Origin: a virus
Taxonomy: Duplodnaviria; Caudoviricetes
DNA length: 58,890 bases
Virus record (IMG/VR): IMGVR_UViG_3300049273_000019
Location: 1 to 58,890 of that record
Strand: one strand, 5' to 3'
Of the stretch, positions 1 through 6,172 are shown one piece after another (within the stretch, counting starts at the first letter, position 1; each line of letters begins with the position of its first letter). The notes beneath the pieces are model-generated. The model did not search any database and was not told where the DNA came from. It saw only the letters and a list, made by a program, of their open reading frames with translations. The position numbers and the translations under genes were made by a program.

Positions 1-168
1 CTAGTCCGCTGAGAACTCTGGGTTGATCCCCTCATGGTGAATCCGTGACAGCTCCTGAGAGATCACCAGCAGCGCCTTGACCTCGGCAATCTTCAACTTT
101 TGATCCACCGTCAAGTCCTTCGCCTCCTGCTCAGTTTCGCTGAGGTAGTCGAAGGTCTCGTGCCACAT
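1..168 (-). CDS. Small acidic hypothetical protein (55 aa)
   Basis: 3' part of ORF 1..426; ATG at 168 preceded by AGAAAGGGCGGG; helical, protein-like composition (MWHETFDYLSETEQ...). Confidence 0.55.
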   Translation of the reverse strand: MWHETFDYLSETEQEAKDLTVDQKLKIAEVKALLVISQELSRIHHEGINPEFSAD

Positions 169-220
169 ACTCACAGGCCCGCCCTTTCTGTCGCTGTTGC
201 GGACGTTCACGGTATCGCCG

Positions 221-700
221 CTAGCCCGGTAGCACGCCGCGCCACTCACGCGGGTCGTCCTCGCCTGACCGGCGCCAGTAAATGACGATGTCGCTAGACC
301 GCGACGTAAGCCGACGCTGCCACGAGAACGGGATGGTGTCTTGCGCGGCGATGGTCTGCGGGCCCGCACCAATAAGGCTGCCATCGACCTCGATCTCGAC
401 TTCAAAGGCGTCTTCGTCTGTGTCATTGGTCAGGGTGAACGTCGCGTCGCCTGTGCGTCCGAGAACCCATCGCTGTTCGTACCGGGCGGCGGCTTCGGCG
501 AGTTCGTTGGCACGGTCCGCAGCATCCGCTGAACGTTCCGATGCTGCGGCGGATCGCTCGGATGCATCGGCTGACCTTTTCGCCTCGCGGTTGGCATTGC
601 GCGATAGCCGAAGCGCCAGCCCGGACATCACTACGGAAGCAGCGATTGCGATCCAGGCTGCGGCATCGCCCCACTGAACTGCATCCCAAGGAATGTTCAT
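221..700 (-). CDS. Single-pass membrane protein (N-terminal TM, coiled coil, beta-rich C-terminus), moron-like
   Basis: WGDAAAWIAIAASVVMSGLAL TM segment, SA-x-A-x-ERSA coiled-coil repeats; same architecture as 24629..25237. Confidence 0.75.
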   Translation of the reverse strand: MNIPWDAVQWGDAAAWIAIAASVVMSGLALRLSRNANREAKRSADASERSAAASERSADAADRANELAEAAARYEQRWVLGRTGDATFTLTNDTDEDAFEVEIEVDGSLIGAGPQTIAAQDTIPFSWQRRLTSRSSDIVIYWRRSGEDDPREWRGVLPG

Positions 701-799
701 GGCGCTACGGTAAGTTCAAACGGCTCCGTCCGTAGTCAGCTCGGTCGGGGACCACTTGCGGCGGGGAGCATCCGATTGGGAGTTCCAGAGGCATAACAG

Positions 800-869
800 T
801 TGCATGCAATCCTCCACGAAGTTAAACAAAAACCGGAGTACAGCGCGATAAAGTCGCAGGTCAGGAAGT
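800..869 (+). promoter_or_regulatory. CRISPR leader (type I-E style)
   Basis: A-rich tract GAAGTTAAACAAAAACC, -10-like TAAAGT at 849-854, ends GCAGGTCAGGAAGT directly before repeat 1, as in actinobacterial I-E leaders; left boundary approximate. Confidence 0.75.
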
Positions 870-1202
870 GTGTTCCCCACGCACGTGGGGGTGATCCATC
901 ATGGGCTGGTCCCAAGAATCAATGCGCCGCGTGTTCCCCACGCACGTGGGGGTGATCCCGCGGACCCCAGGTCCACCGGTGCCACCGTGCTGTGTTCCCC
1001 ACGCACGTGGGGGTGATCCCCAGGACCAGATCAGGCCGTCGTCGGTGATGTCGTGTTCCCCACGCACGTGGAGGTGATCCGGGTGGGTGCCGTGGCTGAG
1101 GTAGTCCTGCCGCGTGTTCCCCACGCACGTGGGGGGATCCATGCGCTGTCAATCTCGGGTGGAAGAACCGTGCCTGTTCCCCGCGCACGCGGGGGTAATA
1201 CC
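870..1202 (+). CRISPR. Type I-E CRISPR array, 6 repeats and 5 spacers, no cas genes in window
   Basis: 28-bp repeat GTGTTCCCCACGCACGTGGGGGTGATCC at 870, 931, 992, 1053 (1 substitution), 1114 (1 deletion), degenerate terminal copy at 1174; five unique 33-bp spacers; 61-bp period. Confidence 0.97.
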
Positions 1203-1386
1203 GGCACGCTCGCCGGCGAACGGCTGAACGTCAGCCCGATGACCGCTGACGACCTAGCCGGCGGGGTGGCGCTGACTGACGCAGGGCCCGCCGATCAGCG
1301 TGACAGGTTGCTCTACGACCCACGCCCCGGAATCAAGGACCGTCTGTACTGGTCGAAAGAGATGCCCTGACCTCGGACACGAGTAA

Positions 1387-1421
1387 CCGGCCCCGCCTTC
1401 CAGTCGGAAGGGCGGGGCCGG
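1387..1421. terminator. GC-rich hairpin, probable bidirectional terminator between array and lysis operon
   Basis: CCGGCCCCGCCTTCC-AGTC-GGAAGGGCGGGGCCGG between convergent units. Confidence 0.7.
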
Positions 1422-1447
1422 CTCGGTGAAGAGGATGTGCTGCCAGC

Positions 1448-1624
1448 CTAACGCTGGCCGGTGCCCGGCCAGCACGACGGCGGGCGGAACCCAGGCTCAG
1501 GGTTTCCCTGCTGGCCGGGAGCGCACGGCTTGCTGGTCGCACCGTTCGGCTCGGATAACACGGGAGCACCGGAGACGGCCAGCAGAGCTCCAGCGACAGC
1601 CAAGACCGCGAGGAGTCGCTTCAT
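1448..1624 (-). CDS. 58-aa putative secreted peptide (not in ORF track)
   Basis: MKRLLAVLAVAGALLAVSGAPVLSEPNGATSKPCAPGQQGNPEPGFRPPSCWPGTGQR; strong RBS GGGGAGGTGA; signal-peptide-like N-terminus; two Cys. Confidence 0.7.
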   Translation of the reverse strand: MKRLLAVLAVAGALLAVSGAPVLSEPNGATSKPCAPGQQGNPEPGFRPPSCWPGTGQR

Positions 1625-1628
1625 CTGT

Positions 1629-1979
1629 TCACCTCCCCTCAGGACTGATCTCGATCAACGCCGACCGTGGACCGGAATACGTCTTGTTTGCCCACGACTG
1701 CGGCTGGATCTGAAAATCGATGGGCAGACCGGTCATCTGCTGGCCGAGCGCACAGAACGCCAGCGTGACCGCCGACAGCTTCTTGTTGCCCTCAGTGCCG
1801 TGAGGCTTGCCGAACTGAGACTCGAACTCGTCGTCCGGCAGGATCAGGCGCACGTCCACGTCCCGCCATGCCTTGCTGTCCAGCGACGACCCGACCTGGT
1901 AAGCGGTGTGGCCGAAGTAATCCTTGATGATCACACCGAACTTGTGCAGCCAGATACCGGCCGGCATCCCCGTACTCAT
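1629..1979 (-). CDS. Minimal nucleotidyltransferase-fold protein
   Basis: VGSSL..WRDVDVR (GS plus DxD) and downstream PIDFQ Asp; ATGA overlap with upstream gene. Confidence 0.65.
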   Translation of the reverse strand: MSTGMPAGIWLHKFGVIIKDYFGHTAYQVGSSLDSKAWRDVDVRLILPDDEFESQFGKPHGTEGNKKLSAVTLAFCALGQQMTGLPIDFQIQPQSWANKTYSGPRSALIEISPEGR

Positions 1980-2626
1980 GACTCGGAACCCGGAGTATTC
2001 CGGTACCGGTGCCGGCGACGCCAGAAATGCGCCGGCAGCCACAGCGCGGCAACTCCCACCAGGCCGCCGACCACTGCGAAGACCACCTCGACTTCAACGT
2101 TCGCGGTGATCATGTCTGTCCAGGTCTCCGTCACGGCGCTGCCGTCGGCGGCCGCCCAGATCTCCATACCGACCGGGACGAGGATCAACACAGTCGCGGC
2201 GAGGAACACCCGCCGCCACACCCTGCTCGGCCGGACCTGAGCGGGATCGCCTTCGTGTAAGGACGTGAACGCGGCGACCGTGCGGGCCGACTGCACCCCG
2301 TCTCGCGTGTCGTCCGGGTAGTGGATCCTGGTCCCCGGCCGGTTCGGGTAAACGGGCGGGCCAGTTTCCAGTCCCAGCGACAGCACCCAGCGTCCCAGGC
2401 CGCGCGCCACCCGGGCCGCCCGGCCTTCGCCGGTACGGGTTTCCAGCCACCGGCCCGCGCCGTACACCACGGCGGTGGCGACCACCGCGACGACCTCGAC
2501 CACCAGCGTCTGGTCCGCCGGCACCCCCAACGTGTTCAGGCGTAGCAGCGCCCACGCTGCGATATGACCAATAGCCAGCGGCCACAGCGTGCGGACCCAC
2601 GCAGCCAGCCGGTCAGGCAAGAACAT
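1976..2626 (-). CDS. Holin-like multi-TM membrane protein
   Basis: About 4 hydrophobic segments; downstream of endolysin; GGAGG RBS before ATG 2626. Confidence 0.65.
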   Translation of the reverse strand: MFLPDRLAAWVRTLWPLAIGHIAAWALLRLNTLGVPADQTLVVEVVAVVATAVVYGAGRWLETRTGEGRAARVARGLGRWVLSLGLETGPPVYPNRPGTRIHYPDDTRDGVQSARTVAAFTSLHEGDPAQVRPSRVWRRVFLAATVLILVPVGMEIWAAADGSAVTETWTDMITANVEVEVVFAVVGGLVGVAALWLPAHFWRRRHRYRNTPGSES

Positions 2627-2651
2627 GTGAACCTCCGGAGATGATGGACGC

Positions 2652-2870
2652 GTGGGCGTCCGCGAGACGTGCCCCGAGTGCGGGGCGAAGTGGTCACCGC
2701 GCCGGACCGAAGACCTGTGTCCGGGGTGTGGGCGGCCGTCCAGCACGGTGATCGAACAGGCACCGGTCCACTGCGGTACAGGGATGCTGCCGGGATACGA
2801 CGGACAGCGGAGGGTATGGCGCTGTGACGTGTGCGGGGCTCAGTCGAGCGGGCCCGCAGGTTCCCGATAA
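2652..2870 (+). CDS. Small Cys-rich (zinc-ribbon) protein, antisense to lysis operon
   Basis: CPEC, CPGC, HCG and CDVC motifs in 72 aa. Confidence 0.45.
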   Translation: MGVRETCPECGAKWSPRRTEDLCPGCGRPSSTVIEQAPVHCGTGMLPGYDGQRRVWRCDVCGAQSSGPAGSR

Positions 2871-3457
2871 CAGGGGCCGGCGTTGGTGTCGACCGTGCCG
2901 TCGGTGTACTCGACGCGCCAGCGCCAGTCACGGCCGTCCGCGCGGCGGCACTCGACGCCGGCGATACCGCGCCCGTCGGTGCCGTCCTCCCCCACCGGGC
3001 CGGCCGGTCCGGGCGGGCCAGTAGCTCCAGGCTCACCCGGTACGCCGCCGGCGCCGGGACTTCCCGCCGGGCCTGGTGATCCAGGTGGACCCGGCAGGCC
3101 ACGTTGCCCCTGGTCTCCCAGGCACGGCCCGCCATCAGCCGTGGTCCGGTCCGTGTACGTCACCTGCCAACGACCCGCGACGCACGCGACCCGCGAAACA
3201 CCCCGACCCGGCGGCCCAGCCGGACCCCGGAACTTGGGGTCGTCAAGCAGATCGGACGGATCCGGCGCGACCGGTGCCTGCCCACGGTCCCGGGCTGCCT
3301 TCTGTTCAGCGGCCAACGCTGAGGCGAGCGCGTTGACCTGCTCCGCCTGCACCTGAACCGCGTGCACGATCCACCCAATCAACACAGCGAGGATTGCCGC
3401 AGTGGCGACCCATGCCCAATCTCGCCACCCCCAGTACCGGACGCGTCGGATCATCAT
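2840..3457 (-). CDS. Membrane-anchored collagen-like protein (lysis cassette)
   Basis: N-terminal TM, G-X-Y repeats, GRGI..VEC...YTDG motif. Confidence 0.85.
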   Translation of the reverse strand: MMIRRVRYWGWRDWAWVATAAILAVLIGWIVHAVQVQAEQVNALASALAAEQKAARDRGQAPVAPDPSDLLDDPKFRGPAGPPGRGVSRVACVAGRWQVTYTDRTTADGGPCLGDQGQRGLPGPPGSPGPAGSPGAGGVPGEPGATGPPGPAGPVGEDGTDGRGIAGVECRRADGRDWRWRVEYTDGTVDTNAGPCYREPAGPLD

Positions 3458-3654
3458 CTCGGCTCCACGAATTTCAGCACGATGGTCACGATCAGGACGA
3501 TTACCGGGACGATGACGGACAGGATGAGCCGCCGCTCCAGCAGGTGGACCGCCTCACGGAGCTTCTCGGCTTCACGTTCCAGCCGGTCGATGTCCTTCTC
3601 ATGCCGCGCCTGGTTCCGTGCCAGCTCGGCTGTGGACATGTCATCGGGCACCAC
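3454..3654 (-). CDS. Small coiled-coil plus TM protein (lysis cassette)
   Basis: Coiled coil followed by C-terminal hydrophobic helix; overlaps neighbour. Confidence 0.75.
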   Translation of the reverse strand: MVPDDMSTAELARNQARHEKDIDRLEREAEKLREAVHLLERRLILSVIVPVIVLIVTIVLKFVEPR

Positions 3655-3680
3655 CGCCCCCTCTCAGGTGCGACGCGGCG

Positions 3681-4694
3681 CTACCGGTCTTGCCGCAGGG
3701 TCCACCGGCCGGACAGCACCTGCGGTGCAGGCCGGTCCGACGGTGAGTCCGCGGAAGGGAACACCGCCACTGACACGCGCAACAGGTGGTCGGTGCCGAG
3801 GTTCTTGGAGATGTTCGCGGTGGCGTACTGGCGACCCCCGGTCGCCGACGCATCAGCCACGATCTCAGACCAGCGGCCGACCGACTTCCCGTCTCGCCAG
3901 GTGTGCATGTCGTACCGGACCTGGTACGAGTCCCCCGGGACCAGACCCTCAAGTTCCAGTTGGGCCTGGGCGTCGACCCACCCGCTGGTCGGGGGGTTGT
4001 ATCCGGGGAACGCGCCGCCGTCACGGTGCGCGTTGCTGGGGTCTGCGTGCTCGGCGTCCCACAGGATCTCCACGAACCGGCCCCACGCCAGCGACTGCGG
4101 CTGGGTCTTGCCGAGGGATGTACGGATGGGCATGTCGTCCTCCTGGTCGATGAGCATCCCGGCGACCTCGGCGCGGAACTCGGGCATGTCGAAAGTCGGA
4201 TCCGGTTTCCCGGTGGTCGACCATTCCTTGTGACCGAGCACCCGGCCGGCTGGCCACCCTTCGTGCTGGCAAATCGCGGCGCACAGCGTCACGTACGCGT
4301 CGTACATCGCGGGCGGGTACGGGTCCCCGGAACCGTCGTCAGCCGCCTCAATGCCGATCGTCTTCCCGTTGCCGTACCAGCCCGGATACCCGGCCACGCG
4401 GGCGTTGCCGGTGCCCGCGTTGTTGGACACCCCGGACGCGACCACGTAGACGATCGCGTCCCGGGACAGGTAGTAGTTCGCGATAGGACCGGCGAGCCCT
4501 TCCCGGCCGTACGTGACGACGCGCAGGCCGCCGGCGGGGTAGCTGGAGGCGGACTCGGCGGTGTGGTGGCAGATCACCACTCTCGGATCCAGCGGCAACC
4601 CCCACCCGTCGATCAGGCCACCGCGGGTCTTCCACCCGTCGACCTCTTTGACTCGCAGGCCGGCGTCGCGGGCGACGTCCGCCAGCCACAGCAT
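3681..4694 (-). CDS. Endolysin, N-acetylmuramoyl-L-alanine amidase
   Basis: ICHHTA, IGIEA, GHKEW..GKPDP Amidase_2 motifs; start ATG 4694 (MLWLADVARDAGL). Confidence 0.92.
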   Translation of the reverse strand: MLWLADVARDAGLRVKEVDGWKTRGGLIDGWGLPLDPRVVICHHTAESASSYPAGGLRVVTYGREGLAGPIANYYLSRDAIVYVVASGVSNNAGTGNARVAGYPGWYGNGKTIGIEAADDGSGDPYPPAMYDAYVTLCAAICQHEGWPAGRVLGHKEWSTTGKPDPTFDMPEFRAEVAGMLIDQEDDMPIRTSLGKTQPQSLAWGRFVEILWDAEHADPSNAHRDGGAFPGYNPPTSGWVDAQAQLELEGLVPGDSYQVRYDMHTWRDGKSVGRWSEIVADASATGGRQYATANISKNLGTDHLLRVSVAVFPSADSPSDRPAPQVLSGRWTLRQDR

Positions 4695-4698
4695 CCGC

Positions 4699-4863
4699 TC
4701 ACCCACGACCCACCCCCTCGCCTGCGGCCTGGCCACCCTGGTCGCCGTGGTGGTCGTCCTCGAGTTCGTGGGCACACGCGTTCGGATCGTCGGAACCGCC
4801 TTCGGCCGCGAGCGCGTTCGGGTCGTCGGGGATGACGTCGGGTCCGTGATTGGGCTCGGACAT
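4699..4863 (-). CDS. 54-aa acidic protein upstream of endolysin (not in ORF track)
   Basis: MSEPNHGPDVIPDDPNALAAEGG...; GGAGG RBS. Confidence 0.55.
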   Translation of the reverse strand: MSEPNHGPDVIPDDPNALAAEGGSDDPNACAHELEDDHHGDQGGQAAGEGVGRG

Positions 4864-5000
4864 CAGGACCTCCCTGTTGAGTTGTCAAATGTCGGACAGT
4901 GATCCGACATGGACTGAGTGCTACCAGGCGTGTCCTACCGACGTGTCACCGTCGCCTCGCGCCGCGCACAGTGCCGGCGCGGTCGCCCGTGGAGCACCTC

Positions 5001-5576
5001 ATGGATTCGCGTTGTCTGCGCTACCTCGCACCCGCCCTGTTCGCCGCCGCCGTGCTGCTCGGACTGGCCTCGCCCGCACAAGCGGACGATGGATACGGCC
5101 GGTGGACTGGCACGACGGTCTGTGTCGACGATTGGACCCACGCCCCACGCTGGAAGGTCGCGGAAGCAACACATCGACTTGACGACGCGCTCAGCGTCGA
5201 TCTGATCTACAGCGCGGGGTGCGACGGGTACGACCAGGTGGTGACCGTCTACGACGGGAACTACGGCCTCCGGTACGGCCGGTGGACAGGGGTCGTGGAG
5301 TACGACAAGACGGCCGGTCGGATCGTTGGGGCGAGGGTGTTCCTGAACAACCGATACGCTCGGAACTGGACGCCTGACCAACTGGTCACGGTCACGATGC
5401 ACGAACTGATGCACGCCCTCGGAGCGGGGCACAACCACCGTCCGGACTCCGTCATGGGTCCGGCCCATACCGCGAAGCTGCACCGCGCGCCGACGGCGTA
5501 CGACGTGGCGGAGATGTACCGCCGGTACGCCCCGCCAGCACGCCTCGTACGGCCGGCCTGGAGGTACGTGCCCTAA
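5001..5576 (+). CDS. Secreted matrixin/metzincin zinc metalloprotease (moron)
   Basis: Signal peptide ending ASPAQA; HELMHALGAGH zinc motif; SVM Met-turn. Confidence 0.88.
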   Translation: MDSRCLRYLAPALFAAAVLLGLASPAQADDGYGRWTGTTVCVDDWTHAPRWKVAEATHRLDDALSVDLIYSAGCDGYDQVVTVYDGNYGLRYGRWTGVVEYDKTAGRIVGARVFLNNRYARNWTPDQLVTVTMHELMHALGAGHNHRPDSVMGPAHTAKLHRAPTAYDVAEMYRRYAPPARLVRPAWRYVP

Positions 5577-6169
5577 AACGGGATGACGCTGATCGTCCTG
5601 TTCTTGAACAGGACGGTTCCGCCTACGTTGAACTTCGCATACTCCAATTTGAAGTTATGCAAGCCCTCGTTCAGCCCTTTGCCGGCGTCGAGGAACGCAA
5701 ACGAAGTTGCCGAACCTGAGATACCGGCGGTGTGACCGAGGTACGCCGCGCTCTGGGTATCGATGAAACTGGACGAGCCAGAGACCCTCACCGCTGCGAA
5801 ACCGGCGTTATCCCCGGTTACCGCCAGCGAAACGGAAATCAGCACAATGCAACGCCGTGACGAGCCGATCGGCACGTCGGAGATCTGCGGCCCCACGGTC
5901 GCAAGGTCGCTCCACGTCGTGGACGTGACTTCCTCATCGGGGAGAACCGTCGCAGCGGCCTGTCCGAACGCGAGCGTCGCTAGATCCACAACCTGATCAG
6001 CAGCGTCGGCAATGGTCAGCCGGCCGCCTCTGATGTGCAGGCCCCCGGCACCGATCTGTGCCGCCTCCAGCCGGCGGGCCGCTTTGAGCTGCTGGACGTC
6101 CCGCTGGAGTTCGTGTAGTTGACGCACGACGTCGCCTTTGGAGAAAGCAGCGTCGGAGATCACTCCCAC
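5573..6169 (-). CDS. Minor tail protein
   Basis: N-terminal coiled coil plus beta-rich domain; end of tail module. Confidence 0.75.
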   Translation of the reverse strand: MGVISDAAFSKGDVVRQLHELQRDVQQLKAARRLEAAQIGAGGLHIRGGRLTIADAADQVVDLATLAFGQAAATVLPDEEVTSTTWSDLATVGPQISDVPIGSSRRCIVLISVSLAVTGDNAGFAAVRVSGSSSFIDTQSAAYLGHTAGISGSATSFAFLDAGKGLNEGLHNFKLEYAKFNVGGTVLFKNRTISVIPF

Positions 6170-6172
6170 AGG

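Noticed and set aside
1081-1113. Spacer 4 shares AGGTAGTCCTGC with the recombinase gene near 34397 (QDYLSH vs QDYLGH): possible self-targeting
   Set aside because: Only about 21/33 identity with a mismatched seed. One 12-mer hit is roughly expected by chance for five spacers against 59 kb on both strands.
1141-1173. Spacer 5 resembles the major tail gene near 14873-14893 (8-nt plus 10-nt blocks)
   Set aside because: Needs a 3-nt gap and the flanks diverge; not a credible protospacer without a database hit.
861-1370. ORFs 861..1142, 919..1188 and 1053..1370
   Set aside because: Translations of CRISPR repeats, not genes.
2990-3230. GC-rich periodic repeats
   Set aside because: Explained by collagen G-X-Y codons.
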